This document shows, one piece after another, positions 52,801 to 61,417 of a stretch of DNA of 64,000 nt. Where the stretch lies: NCBI GenBank assembly GCA_040877595.1, contig JBBDNM010000063.1, positions 6,735 through 70,734 of the forward strand, given 5' to 3'. Source of the DNA: Gemmatimonadales bacterium. Its GTDB lineage: Bacteria > Gemmatimonadota > Gemmatimonadetes > Gemmatimonadales > GWC2-71-9. Position 1 is the stretch's first letter, and each line of letters opens with the position of its first letter. A model generated the notes under the pieces. The model ran no database searches, was not told the DNA's origin, and saw nothing but the letters and a program-made list of their open reading frames with translations. The translations under genes and the position numbers were made by a program.

Positions 52801-53351
52801 GGCCGCACCTGAACCGGGTGTCGGCACGGTTCTCGTTGTCGGAAGCGACGTTTGGCGGGTTGCTCGGGTTGCTCACGGGCCGGTCGAGCGCGACACCCAG
52901 ACGGCACCAAGTGGTGTCCGACACGGCGGCCACGCCGGAGGAGCTCCTGCCGAACCCGACGAACGACCCGTACGCCGATTTTGACCGGCGACCGCTGGCG
53001 CAACGCTCGGGGCGGCGCCCGATGACCGCGGCGATCACGTTTGAGTCCACCCGCCCGCGCCCGGTGTCCGGCGAGACCGCCACGATCCCGGTCGGGGCGC
53101 GCACGCTGGGACTCGCCCTCGGGTTCGATCCCACCCCGAACTGGTCGGTGTCGTGGACGACGCAGGTGGATCTCGCCACCGGTGAGTTTGGCCAGCATGC
53201 GCTGCGCCTTGAGCGCGACCTGCACCGGTGGCGGGCCACGTTCCAGTTCCTCAAGGCGCCGAACGGGAACTTCGCGTTCAACTTCTTCATCTCGTTGCTG
53301 GACCAACCCGAGATCAAGTTCCAGTACGACCAGCAGACGGTAGAGCGGTAG
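49824..53351 (+). CDS. single ORF fusing twin-arginine translocase TatC (about aa 1-245) to a signal-peptide-like segment and an LptD/OstA-like outer-membrane LPS-assembly protein (about aa 270-1175)
   Basis: The TatC part is collinear with E. coli TatC through LTPPDPLSMMMMLGPLMLLYEGGILVARLV. It is followed by RSKRE-ATIGALLVFGFLTFGAG-DAAA/Q. An OstA-like N-domain comes next (DSLVFHADSQAIQLRGHALIEQEGAMLEADSVDF), then LptD barrel motifs (ITSCDLPNPHYHF, RRSGLLAPRFG, GYYFAISDYVDA). There is no in-frame stop in 1175 codons. Confidence 0.75.
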   Translation: MARRTQPPAGEMPFLEHLEELRWRILWSMIAVVLGTALGYFLVQHFDVIGLLKRPIEPFLPTGRLMVTRPADAFLITLKLSVVIGIVVGLPVIIWHLWRFLAPALYERERRFMVPTLFAGLILFVTGVVIAYRWVLPAALRILLGFASDDLETLITADAYFTFAAQLILAFGAMFELPLVIVLLAATGLVSPDFFRKHRPIAVVIAAIVAAFLTPPDPLSMMMMLGPLMLLYEGGILVARLVWRSKREATIGALLVFGFLTFGAGDAAAQRDSLPPRGERRPAVAQDTATARGQPMDTAAARRLGLPTAPSRSFPAEDSVLRQLMALAGFKATRYASDSLVFHADSQAIQLRGHALIEQEGAMLEADSVDFRQNACRLDAAGHPTLFQEGTVLVGRRMYYDTCARIGYVGEALTSFEQGGVEWILRAGQQRGGLSIDSASVRIYAGHSDITSCDLPNPHYHFAAGSVKWVSNRFMVARPAVLYVRDVPILWLPFIFQDMRVGRRSGLLAPRFGINDLVRTNPGYRRHFANIGYYFAISDYVDAQASVDWFDENYVQVNAQVRYRWLNRFLGGGLAVSRIFESGRDEVGGSRSLRLRWNHRQNFDLQTSLNAEVDYTNSARIIERNATDPHQATATLGSTINFTKRFAWGSMALGASRRQELTSGGVTQVFPSFSITPASLSLSEAITWSPSFSVTNTRAFHQRGAVEPLPPLPGDSVLPVDTLEFGSRNTTLSLGTPITIGRWTWTNSVNVTDVIQDLRQTLTLVDSVTGDTTVQTFGYTFATDVNWETGINLPIVFANSWKVTPRLGVTNATTGPLLLRNRNTRGDFVSQGKRVSVGATLAPQLFAFFPGLGPVERVRHQVSPFVTWAWAPAADVPEAYARAVSGPGGTPQRRSPAQQRVSIGLSQVLEGKLALPAGDTTTDPRNAPKIKLLSLQTSAITYDFEQAKEEGRTGWQTPSLANQLTSDLLPGFSVSLTHDLWEGAVGTDSAVFRPHLNRVSARFSLSEATFGGLLGLLTGRSSATPRRHQVVSDTAATPEELLPNPTNDPYADFDRRPLAQRSGRRPMTAAITFESTRPRPVSGETATIPVGARTLGLALGFDPTPNWSVSWTTQVDLATGEFGQHALRLERDLHRWRATFQFLKAPNGNFAFNFFISLLDQPEIKFQYDQQTVER

Positions 53352-53422
53352 TTGAACGGCAAGAGACGTAGGCGCGTCCACGAAAGAGGACACTCGGATA
53401 CAGCTGGTGTCGGTGTAAGTCG

Positions 53423-53452
53423 TTGTAATACAATGGTTTAATGAGTTATCAT
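53423..53452 (+). promoter_or_regulatory. candidate sigma-70-type promoter in the AT-richer spacer
   Basis: TTGTAA (53423-53428), an 18-nt spacer, then TATCAT (53447-53452). The downstream gene starts at 53515 with an AGGAG SD sequence. Confidence 0.3.
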
Positions 53453-53514
53453 GTGGTGGCACGTTCCGTGCTTTTCCTAGGGACGTGACACTTTTCCATC
53501 AGGAGTGGGCGTCT

Positions 53515-54654
53515 ATGCGATTCCTTATTCCAGGCTTGGCGGTGGCCGCGATGGCGTGCGACCGGACCACGGAGATTGATCTTCTGGCACCAACCAACCT
53601 GACGTATCGGCTCGAGCCGTCAGGCGACCCCGACCTGCCCGCCGGGATCCTGTTGCAATGGGATCCCGTGTTGAGCAGCGGCCTTGAGGCGTACGAGGTG
53701 TATTCGCGCCCAGGGAGCAGTGGGTCGTTCGACCGCCGGGCCACCACCACGTCAACCACCTTCCACGACATCGGCGTACCGGATCTCGAGTACTACGTGA
53801 CCGCGCGGTCCACGGACGGTCGCGAGAGCGCGGCCAGTAACGCGGTGTATATCGATGAGCGGACCCGGATGGCGCGACCGGCGACGCTCACGTCCACGTC
53901 GCTGGACGGCGCGATCCACCTCGGATGGAGCGACAACGCCTTCCTCGCCGCCCCGAGCGCCTTCAAGCAGTACCGTATCTATAGCACGTTCTATGACCTC
54001 GATGCCGACGTGTGTGAAGCGGGCTGGATCCTCGAGGGCACGACGGTGGCCCCGGAGTTCCTTGTCGGGGCGTTGGCGAATGGTATCGCGCGGTGCTTTG
54101 CGGCGTCCGCCGAGAGTCACGCCGGCGATGAGAGCGTCTGGTCGCCACTCAGGGCCGACACCCCGCGGCCCGAGGGCCGGAACGTCCTGATGTTCCCGCT
54201 CTCGGTGGACCCCGCGCGGAGCGGGTTCCGGTTCTTCGACGACGCCAATGGCGATGGCCAGGCCTCGCGCATCGAACTGGGCCTGGTGGGTCCCGGTGGA
54301 TCGCCGTCCGTGGATTTCTGGGTCTATCGTGACGGCAACAACGACATCTTCCTGGTGCCACAACGCGCCGGCGTCCGTGTTGCCGTGTACGGCAGCGTGC
54401 CGGTCGGTGGTCTCACCAGCATCGATGTCGCGCCCGAGACGGGTTATGCCACGACGGGCGTCGAAGCGGTCCCCGGCTGGGGCTACGTGTTCGAGATGCC
54501 GGGTGGCGACGGGTTCCTCCGGTTTGGCGCCTTGCGGGTCACGCACGCGAGTGCGGACTACCTGATCTGCGATTGGGCGTACCAGACCGATCCGGGCAAT
54601 CCCGAGTTGCGCTGGATGGGAACGGTGGAGACCGGGGTGACCGTTCGTCGCTAA
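53515..54654 (+). CDS. putative lipoprotein with fibronectin type III-like repeats, function unknown
   Basis: ATG 53515 has AGGAG 9 nt upstream. The N-terminus is MRFLIPGLAVAAMAC. There are two FN3-like modules (LTYRLEP...LLQWDP...YEVYS...YYVTARSTDGRESAAS, and LTSTSLDGAIHLGWSD...YRIYST). Confidence 0.55.
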   Translation: MRFLIPGLAVAAMACDRTTEIDLLAPTNLTYRLEPSGDPDLPAGILLQWDPVLSSGLEAYEVYSRPGSSGSFDRRATTTSTTFHDIGVPDLEYYVTARSTDGRESAASNAVYIDERTRMARPATLTSTSLDGAIHLGWSDNAFLAAPSAFKQYRIYSTFYDLDADVCEAGWILEGTTVAPEFLVGALANGIARCFAASAESHAGDESVWSPLRADTPRPEGRNVLMFPLSVDPARSGFRFFDDANGDGQASRIELGLVGPGGSPSVDFWVYRDGNNDIFLVPQRAGVRVAVYGSVPVGGLTSIDVAPETGYATTGVEAVPGWGYVFEMPGGDGFLRFGALRVTHASADYLICDWAYQTDPGNPELRWMGTVETGVTVRR

Positions 54655-54662
54655 GACAACAA

Positions 54663-54759
54663 CGAATGGCGAATGACGAGTGAGGAATGACGAATGTCGA
54701 ACTGATGGTTGGTTCGGCATTCGCCATTCGCCATTCGCCATTCGCCATTCTCCGTTCCT
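54663..54759. repeat. heptad-periodic inverted-repeat element, copy 2: (CGAATGN)6 - loop - (CATTCGC)4 plus degenerate units
   Basis: The left arm (54663-54704) is CGAATGG CGAATGA CGAGTGA GGAATGA CGAATGT CGAACTG. The inner stem is CGAAC(54698-702)/GTTCG(54712-716) with a 9-nt loop. The right arm is CATTCGC x4 (54718-54745), then CATTCTC and CGTTCCT. It starts 9 nt after the upstream stop and ends just before the hutH ATG. Confidence 0.85.
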
Positions 54760-54765
54760 CCCGTT

Positions 54766-56277
54766 ATGCTCCGGCCAATGTCCATCTCGATTGACGGCCA
54801 TTCCCTCACGCTCGATCACGTCACCGCTGTCGCCCGCCGGGGCGCTATGGTGGCTGTGGCTCCCGAGGCCATCGCGCGGGCCAAGGCGTCGCGGGCCACG
54901 ATTGAGCGGTTGCTCGCGAGCGGGCGGTCCATCTACGGCGTGAACACCGGGTTCGGGAAGCTGGCCAGCGTGCGCATCCCGGATGATCGCCTGCGCGACC
55001 TGCAGCGCAACCTGATCGTCAGTCACGCCGCGGGCGTGGGCGACCCGCTGCCGCCGGACATCGTGCGCGCCATGATGCTGCTGCGCGCCAACGTCCTGCT
55101 GCGCGCAACGAGCGGCGTGCGTCCGGTCGTGGCGGAGCGTCTCATCGCGCTGCTCAACGCCGGCATCCTGCCCGTGGTCCCCGAGCAGGGGAGCGTGGGC
55201 GCGAGCGGTGACTTGGCGCCGTTGGCGCACCTGGCCCTGGCCCTGCTGGGTGAGGGTGAGGTGGATGTCCAGCGCTCCCGTCTTCCCGCCAAGGAGGCGC
55301 TCGATGCCGCCGGTATCGCGCTGCTCACGCTCGAGCCCAAGGAAGGGCTCGCCTTCGTGAACGGTACGCAGGCCCAGACCGCGGTCCTGGCCCTCGTGCT
55401 GGCGGATGCCGAGCGGTTGTGGCATCACGCGCACGTCGGCGCCGCGATGTCGGTCGAAGCCCTGCGGGGCACCCCCGATCCGTTTGACCCGCGCATCCAT
55501 GCCGCTCGGCCCCATCCGGGCCAGGTCCGGTCGGCCGCGTTGCTCGCGGACCTGCTGGCGGGGTCGGCCCTGCGCGAGTCGCATCGTGAGAACGACCCCC
55601 GTGTCCAGGATGCCTACAGCCTGCGGTGCACGCCGCAGGTGTATGGTCCCGTCGCCGACATGCTGGCGTTCGCCCGGCAGATTCTCGACACGGAACTCAA
55701 TGCCTCCACCGATAACCCGCTGCTGCTGGGCGAGGATGTCGTGTCCGGCGGCAACTTCCACGGCCAGTACGTGGCGATGGCGCTCGACACCGTGACGGTG
55801 GCGCTCACGACGCTGGCCGGGCTCGCGGAGCGGCGCATCGAACGGTTGCTCAACCCCGACCTGTCCGAAGGTCTGCCCGCGTTCCTCGCGGCGTCGCCGG
55901 GGCTCGAGTCCGGATTCATGATGGTGCAGGTGACCGCGGCGGCGCTGGTGGCCGAGAGTCGGACGCTCTGCATGCCGGCGAGTGTGCAGTCCATTCCCAC
56001 GGGTGCCAACCAGGAAGATTGGGTGCCGATGGGCATGGTGGCGGCCTTCAAGGCCCGGCGCGTCCTCGCCAACGCCGAACACGTGGTGGCCGCAGAATTG
56101 CTGTGCGCGGCGCAAGCGCTCGGCGGGGCGACCATCGCGGGTCCGACCCCGGCGCCCAAGGTGGTGGCGGCGTGGCGGGCGGTGCGTGAGGTGGTCGCCC
56201 CGCTCACGGCCGATCGGGCTCCCGCACCGGACCTGGTCCGTCTGCGCGCGCGCCTGGCCGGCTCGTTGCTCGCGTGA
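54766..56277 (+). CDS. hutH: histidine ammonia-lyase
   Basis: [17 protein letters not shown] and [16 protein letters not shown] (the MIO-forming ASG). ATG 54766, with an alternative at 54778. Confidence 0.95.
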   Translation: MLRPMSISIDGHSLTLDHVTAVARRGAMVAVAPEAIARAKASRATIERLLASGRSIYGVNTGFGKLASVRIPDDRLRDLQRNLIVSHAAGVGDPLPPDIVRAMMLLRANVLLRATSGVRPVVAERLIALLNAGILPVVPEQGSVGASGDLAPLAHLALALLGEGEVDVQRSRLPAKEALDAAGIALLTLEPKEGLAFVNGTQAQTAVLALVLADAERLWHHAHVGAAMSVEALRGTPDPFDPRIHAARPHPGQVRSAALLADLLAGSALRESHRENDPRVQDAYSLRCTPQVYGPVADMLAFARQILDTELNASTDNPLLLGEDVVSGGNFHGQYVAMALDTVTVALTTLAGLAERRIERLLNPDLSEGLPAFLAASPGLESGFMMVQVTAAALVAESRTLCMPASVQSIPTGANQEDWVPMGMVAAFKARRVLANAEHVVAAELLCAAQALGGATIAGPTPAPKVVAAWRAVREVVAPLTADRAPAPDLVRLRARLAGSLLA

Positions 56278-57935
56278 GCGGTCCCCGCGTGGTGCGCGCC
56301 CCGCGGGGATCCACGCGGACGTGCAGGGGCTGGGTGCAGGAAGCCGCGCTCCGCATGCTCATGAACAATCTCGATCCCGCGGTGGCGGAACGGCCGGATG
56401 ACCTGGTGGTCTACGGCGGTACCGGTCGCGCCGCGCGCAGTTGGGATGCGTTCGACGCGATGTGTCGGACGCTCACGACGCTCGCGGACGACGCAACGAT
56501 GCTGGTGCAGTCGGGGCGACCGGTCGGCGTGTTCCGCACCCATCCGGACGCGCCCCGCGTCCTGATTGCCAACGGCAACCTGGTCGGGCGCTGGGCGACG
56601 TGGGACGTGTTTCGCGACCTCGAGCGGCGCGGGCTCACCATGTACGGGCAGATGACCGCCGGCAGCTGGATCTACATTGGCACGCAGGGCATCCTGCAGG
56701 GCACGTACGAGACCTTCGGCGCAGTCGCCCGCGAGCACTTTGGCGGGTCGCTGACCGGCCGGATCGTCGTCACCGGGGGTCTGGGTGGCATGGGTGGGGC
56801 TCAGCCGCTTGCGGCCACGATGCACGGGGCGGCGCTCCTCGCCATCGAAGTGGATCCCGCCCGGATCGCGCGGCGGCTCGAGACCCGCTACCTGGACGAG
56901 ATGACCGACTCGCTCGACGCGGCGTGGGCGGCGGTGACGGCCGCCGCCGCCGCGGGACGCGCGCGGTCGGTTGGGTTGGTGGGGAACTGCGCGGACGTGC
57001 TCCCCGCGATGGTACGGCACGGGTGGATTCCGGATGTCGTGACCGACCAGACCTCCGCGCACGATCCGCTGAACGGCTACGTCCCCGCGGGGCTCGACCT
57101 GGCCACCGCCGCCGAGTGGCGGCAACGCGATCCAACCCGGTACGTCGCAGAGGCCCGCGCCTCCATGGTGGAGCACGTGCGCGCGATGCGGGCCATGCAG
57201 GACGCGGGCGCGGTCGCCTTTGACTACGGCAACAACATTCGCACCGAGGCGCTGGATGCGGGCCTCGCCGACGCGTTTACCATTCCCGGTTTCGTGCCGG
57301 CCTACGTGCGGCCGTTGTTCTGCGAGGGGAAGGGGCCGTTCCGCTGGGTGGCGCTCTCGGGCGACCCGGCCGACCTCGCCCGCACCGATCGCCTCGTGCT
57401 CGAGCTGTTTCCCGACGACGAGCATCTCACGCGGTGGATCCGCTTGGCGGGCGCACAGGTCGCCTTGCAGGGTCTGCCGGCGCGGATCTGCTGGCTGGGG
57501 CAGGGGGAGCGCGCCCGGTTTGGTCTCGCACTCAATGACCTGGTCGCCCGCGGGGAGCTCTCGGCACCCATCGTGATTGGGCGCGATCACCTGGACACGG
57601 GATCGGTGGCGTCTCCGTTCCGCGAGACCGAGGCCATGCTCGATGGTTCGGACGCCATAGCCGACTGGCCGATCCTGAACGCCCTGCTCAACACCGCGTC
57701 CGGCGCCTCGTGGGTGTCCTTCCATCATGGCGGCGGCGTCGGCATCGGCAACAGCCTGCACGCCGGGCAGGTGATCGTGGCGGACGGCACTCCGGAGGCG
57801 GCCCGTCGGCTGGAACGCGTGCTGACCAACGATCCCGGCATCGGGGTCGTGCGACATGCCGAGGCGGGCTACCCGACGGCGCGCGCCACGGCCGAGCAGC
57901 ACGGTCTCCGGATGCCCATGCACGAGGGTCCGTGA
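56274..57935 (+). CDS. hutU: urocanate hydratase
   Basis: [28 protein letters not shown]...[13 protein letters not shown]...[15 protein letters not shown] 56274 overlaps the hutH stop. Confidence 0.95.
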   Translation: MSGPRVVRAPRGSTRTCRGWVQEAALRMLMNNLDPAVAERPDDLVVYGGTGRAARSWDAFDAMCRTLTTLADDATMLVQSGRPVGVFRTHPDAPRVLIANGNLVGRWATWDVFRDLERRGLTMYGQMTAGSWIYIGTQGILQGTYETFGAVAREHFGGSLTGRIVVTGGLGGMGGAQPLAATMHGAALLAIEVDPARIARRLETRYLDEMTDSLDAAWAAVTAAAAAGRARSVGLVGNCADVLPAMVRHGWIPDVVTDQTSAHDPLNGYVPAGLDLATAAEWRQRDPTRYVAEARASMVEHVRAMRAMQDAGAVAFDYGNNIRTEALDAGLADAFTIPGFVPAYVRPLFCEGKGPFRWVALSGDPADLARTDRLVLELFPDDEHLTRWIRLAGAQVALQGLPARICWLGQGERARFGLALNDLVARGELSAPIVIGRDHLDTGSVASPFRETEAMLDGSDAIADWPILNALLNTASGASWVSFHHGGGVGIGNSLHAGQVIVADGTPEAARRLERVLTNDPGIGVVRHAEAGYPTARATAEQHGLRMPMHEGP

Positions 57936-59197
57936 GCACGCTGCTCGCCGGCGCCCGGCAGGTGGTGACGTGTCGTGGGCCGGCGCGCGCCCGGCGCGGG
58001 CCCGAGATGGCGGATCTTGAGGTCCTGACGGACGCGGGCGTGGTGATCGGGGACGACGGGATGATCGTCGCGGTCGGTCCGCTCGCCGACCTCGAGCGGG
58101 CACACCCGAAGGCCGAGGTGGTGGGAGTGGAAGGCGTGTTGTTCCCCGGGTTCGTGGATGCGCATACCCATGCGGTGTTCGGCGGGCCGCGCCTGGCGGA
58201 CCACGAACGTCGCGCACGCGGTGACGACTACCAGGCGATCGCTGAGGCCGGTGGGGGCATCCTGTCGTCCGTGCGGGACCTGCGCGCGCGGACGGCGGCG
58301 GACCTCGCGGAGCGGACCCGCCGCCGTCTGGCGTTTCTCCTCGCGCAGGGCACCACCACGGTCGAGGTGAAGTCGGGGTATGGGCTGTCGGTGGCGGATG
58401 AACTCCGGTCGCTCGAAATCCTCGGTCCACTGCGCGACGGCATCCCGGACGTGATCCCGACGTTCCTGGGCGCGCACGAGGTCCCTGAGGAGTTCCGCCC
58501 GGACCGCGCCGGCTACGTGCGGCACGTGATGGCGGACATGCTGCCGGCGGTGGCGGCTCAGGGAATGGCGCGGTTCTGTGACGTGTTCTGCGAGCCGGGC
58601 GTCTTCACGGTAGCGGAGTCGCGAGCGATCCTCCAGGCCGGGCGTGCGCTCGGCCTCGGGGCCAAGATCCATGCGGATGAGCTGGACGGCTCGGGTGGGG
58701 CGGAGCTCGCGGCCGAGCTCGGGGCCGTTTCGGCCGACCATCTGGCCCGCATCTCCGAGGCGGGGATCGCCGCGCTGGCTGGGTCCCCTACGGTCGCCGT
58801 GCTCCTGCCGGGTACCATGCTCTTCCTCGGGCGTCGGGAGCAGGCGCCCGCCCGCGCCCTCATCGCGGCGGGGGCTGCGGTCGCCCTGGCGACGGACTTC
58901 AATCCCGGGAGCTCGCCCGGCGTGAGCCTGCCCCTCATGGCCATGCTCGGGGTGTCCCAGTTGCGGATGCACCCGGCCGAAGCCGTGATCGCGATAACGG
59001 TCAACGGGGCCGCGGCGCTCGGAGAGGCGAAGACGCGGGGTCAGCTCACCCCCGGGTTCCGTGCCGACCTCGTTTTGCTGGCCGTGGACAACTGGCGCGA
59101 ACTGCCGTATTGGTACGGGGGCTCCCTGGTGCGGGGAATCTGGGTGCGCGGCATGGCTTGTCACCCCCCGGGTCCACCCGTAAATTCAATCGCTTGA
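57932..59197 (+). CDS. hutI: imidazolonepropionase
   Basis: [21 protein letters not shown] and [13 protein letters not shown] 57932 overlaps the hutU stop; the track start at 57710 is a shadow extension. Confidence 0.92.
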   Translation: MSTLLAGARQVVTCRGPARARRGPEMADLEVLTDAGVVIGDDGMIVAVGPLADLERAHPKAEVVGVEGVLFPGFVDAHTHAVFGGPRLADHERRARGDDYQAIAEAGGGILSSVRDLRARTAADLAERTRRRLAFLLAQGTTTVEVKSGYGLSVADELRSLEILGPLRDGIPDVIPTFLGAHEVPEEFRPDRAGYVRHVMADMLPAVAAQGMARFCDVFCEPGVFTVAESRAILQAGRALGLGAKIHADELDGSGGAELAAELGAVSADHLARISEAGIAALAGSPTVAVLLPGTMLFLGRREQAPARALIAAGAAVALATDFNPGSSPGVSLPLMAMLGVSQLRMHPAEAVIAITVNGAAALGEAKTRGQLTPGFRADLVLLAVDNWRELPYWYGGSLVRGIWVRGMACHPPGPPVNSIA

Positions 59198-59237
59198 GGC
59201 AGTTCCCTTCACGCGCAACGTTCCGGAGAGGTCCGAC

Positions 59238-61415
59238 CTGGACGTCGAAAAGCTCAAAGCCAAGGCTCGCAAGTTAGAAGACAAGGGTCAGGTCGCGAAG
59301 GCCGTCGAGGCCTATCGCGCGCTGCTCGATGATCTTGAGGGCACGCCCGACCTGGCGGCCGAGATGGCCCTGTTCAATCGTGTGGGCGACCTCTACCTGA
59401 AGGACGGGAAGGTCGGCGACGCGGTGGACATGTACGAACGCGCCGTGAAGCACTATGCCGAGCAGGGATTTCCCAACAACGCGATCGCGTTGTGCAACAA
59501 GATCCTCCGCAACGCGCCGGGCCGGACCCCCATCTATCTCAAGCTCGCGCAGCTCATGCTCGACCGCGGTTTTCAGGGCGAGGCGAAGCAGAACCTGCTC
59601 GAGTACGCGGAACGCATGCAGAAGGCCGGCAAGACGAACGAGGCCTTCAAGGCGCTGAAGGAGTTTGCCGACCTTTCGCCGGACAACGAGGACATTCGCC
59701 TGCTGTTGGCCGAACAGTTGCGCGCGGCCAACCGGGATGGGGAGGCCAAGGAGCAGCTTGCCAAGCTGTATCATGAGGTCGAAGCGACGGGCGACGAGCG
59801 CCGGTCCCGGACCACGCTGACCAGTATCAAGGCCATTGATCCGGAGTTCTCGCCGGACGATGCGCCGAAGCCGGCGGCCACGGCCAAGAAGTCCAAGACA
59901 TCCGATCTCGTCTTTCTCGATCTGGAGTACAGCACGGACAGCCAGACCACGGCCGCACCGCCACCCAAACCTGCCGCCAAGCCCGCTCCCAAGCCCGCTC
60001 CCAAGCCGGCGCCACCACCCGTACCCGAACCCGAGCCCGAGCCGGTTGCGGAGGCGGAGCCACTGGCGATTGATCGCGGATTCGAGCCGACGTCCGTTGA
60101 GGATGTTGACGTGCCAATGCTCGATATCGAGCCCACCGCGCTCGATCTGGAGCCCACGGCGTTCGAACCCCCGCCGCCGCTCGAGATCGAACGCACGTCG
60201 CTGGCCATCGAGAGCACGTCGTTCGCTATCGACCTGCCGGCGGAACCCGCGGCGGAGCCGGAGCCCGAAAGTGAACCGCTGGAGATCGAGCCCGTCGCGG
60301 AGCTGGATGACGACCTGACGCTGGATGTGCCCGATCTGGACCTCGGTGGCGACGTGTCAGTGGACGATTTCGCCGCGGCCCCGCGACTTTCGGCCGACCT
60401 GCCGTTGATCGAGACCGCGCCATTCGAGGACTTTGTTGCCCCTCCGACCCTGGACGAGCTCACGGCCGCGGTAGCCGACAACCTCGACGATCCGGGTGCG
60501 CACGTGACGCTCGGCGAGGCGTTGATCGAAGCGGGCCAGCGGGAGCAGGGCATCGGCGAGCTGGATGTGGCGCTCGGGTTGTACGAGCAGGCCGAGGACT
60601 GGGCGCATGCGCGCGACCTGGTGAACGAGATTCTGCGGCTCGACACCAACAGCGTGCAGCACCACCAGAAGCGCGTGGAACTCGCGTTCCGCGGCGGGGA
60701 CAAGGGCCGGCTGGTCGAGGCGTACCTCGGTCTGGCGGATGCGTTGTTCCGCAGTGGGGCCACCGACCGAGCGCGCGCCGTGTATCAACGGGTGGTGGAG
60801 CACGATCCGGACAACGAACGGGCCCGCGAAGCGATGGCCTCGCTCGCGCCGGAGCCCGCGGCGCCGGCCGCGGCGCCCGTCACGAGCGGTGGCGGGGACT
60901 TCGTGGACTTGGGCGCCATGATCATGGACGACGAGCCCGAGTTCAACACGCGCATGCGCGTGGAGGACGAAGAGCCCACGGGTGACGAAGAGCGCGACTT
61001 CTCCGACATGCTCGCCCAGTTCAAGCGCGGCATCGAAGCGAACATCGGCGACGACGACTGGCAGGCCCACTACGACCTTGGCGTCGCGTTCAAGGAAATG
61101 GGCCTGATTGACGAGGCGATCGCGGAGTTCCAGAAGTCCTTGCGTTCGTCCAAGGGACGGTTGCAAACCGCCGAGGCGTTGGGCGCGTGTTTCTTCGAGA
61201 AGGGCCAATACTCGGTGGCCGCCACGGTCATGCGTCGCGCGATCGAATCCGATCTCACGACCGGCGACGAAGCCAAGATTGGCCTGCTGTACTGGATCGG
61301 CCGGTGCGAAGAAATGCAGAACAAGGGCGACGATGCGCGCCAGTACTACCAGCGGGTGTTCGCGGTGGACATCACGTTCCAGGACGTGAGTGATCGCGTG
61401 AAGGCCTTGGGATAA
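59238..61415 (+). CDS. TPR-repeat protein with a central Pro/acidic low-complexity repeat region; the start is probably a non-canonical CTG (the minimal ATG-initiated ORF is 59364..61415)
   Basis: It has TPR helices at both ends and a central region PKPAAKPAPKPAPKPAPPPVPEPEPEP...LDIEPTALDLEPTAFEPPPPLEIERTSLAIESTSFAIDL. Coding-like sequence continues upstream of ATG 59364 to CTG 59238, which is preceded by GGAGAGG. Confidence 0.6.
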   Translation: MDVEKLKAKARKLEDKGQVAKAVEAYRALLDDLEGTPDLAAEMALFNRVGDLYLKDGKVGDAVDMYERAVKHYAEQGFPNNAIALCNKILRNAPGRTPIYLKLAQLMLDRGFQGEAKQNLLEYAERMQKAGKTNEAFKALKEFADLSPDNEDIRLLLAEQLRAANRDGEAKEQLAKLYHEVEATGDERRSRTTLTSIKAIDPEFSPDDAPKPAATAKKSKTSDLVFLDLEYSTDSQTTAAPPPKPAAKPAPKPAPKPAPPPVPEPEPEPVAEAEPLAIDRGFEPTSVEDVDVPMLDIEPTALDLEPTAFEPPPPLEIERTSLAIESTSFAIDLPAEPAAEPEPESEPLEIEPVAELDDDLTLDVPDLDLGGDVSVDDFAAAPRLSADLPLIETAPFEDFVAPPTLDELTAAVADNLDDPGAHVTLGEALIEAGQREQGIGELDVALGLYEQAEDWAHARDLVNEILRLDTNSVQHHQKRVELAFRGGDKGRLVEAYLGLADALFRSGATDRARAVYQRVVEHDPDNERAREAMASLAPEPAAPAAAPVTSGGGDFVDLGAMIMDDEPEFNTRMRVEDEEPTGDEERDFSDMLAQFKRGIEANIGDDDWQAHYDLGVAFKEMGLIDEAIAEFQKSLRSSKGRLQTAEALGACFFEKGQYSVAATVMRRAIESDLTTGDEAKIGLLYWIGRCEEMQNKGDDARQYYQRVFAVDITFQDVSDRVKALG

Positions 61416-61417
61416 GC

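Noticed and set aside
50265-53462. 1065-aa ORF on the minus strand
   Set aside because: It is fully antisense to the tatC-lptD ORF. Its translation is Arg/Gly/Pro-rich low-complexity sequence typical of shadow ORFs in GC-rich DNA, and I recognise no motifs. The + strand product has clear family signatures.
55614-58430. 938-aa ORF on the minus strand
   Set aside because: It is antisense to hutH, hutU and hutI. The composition is dominated by Arg/Pro/Gly and no domain is recognisable.
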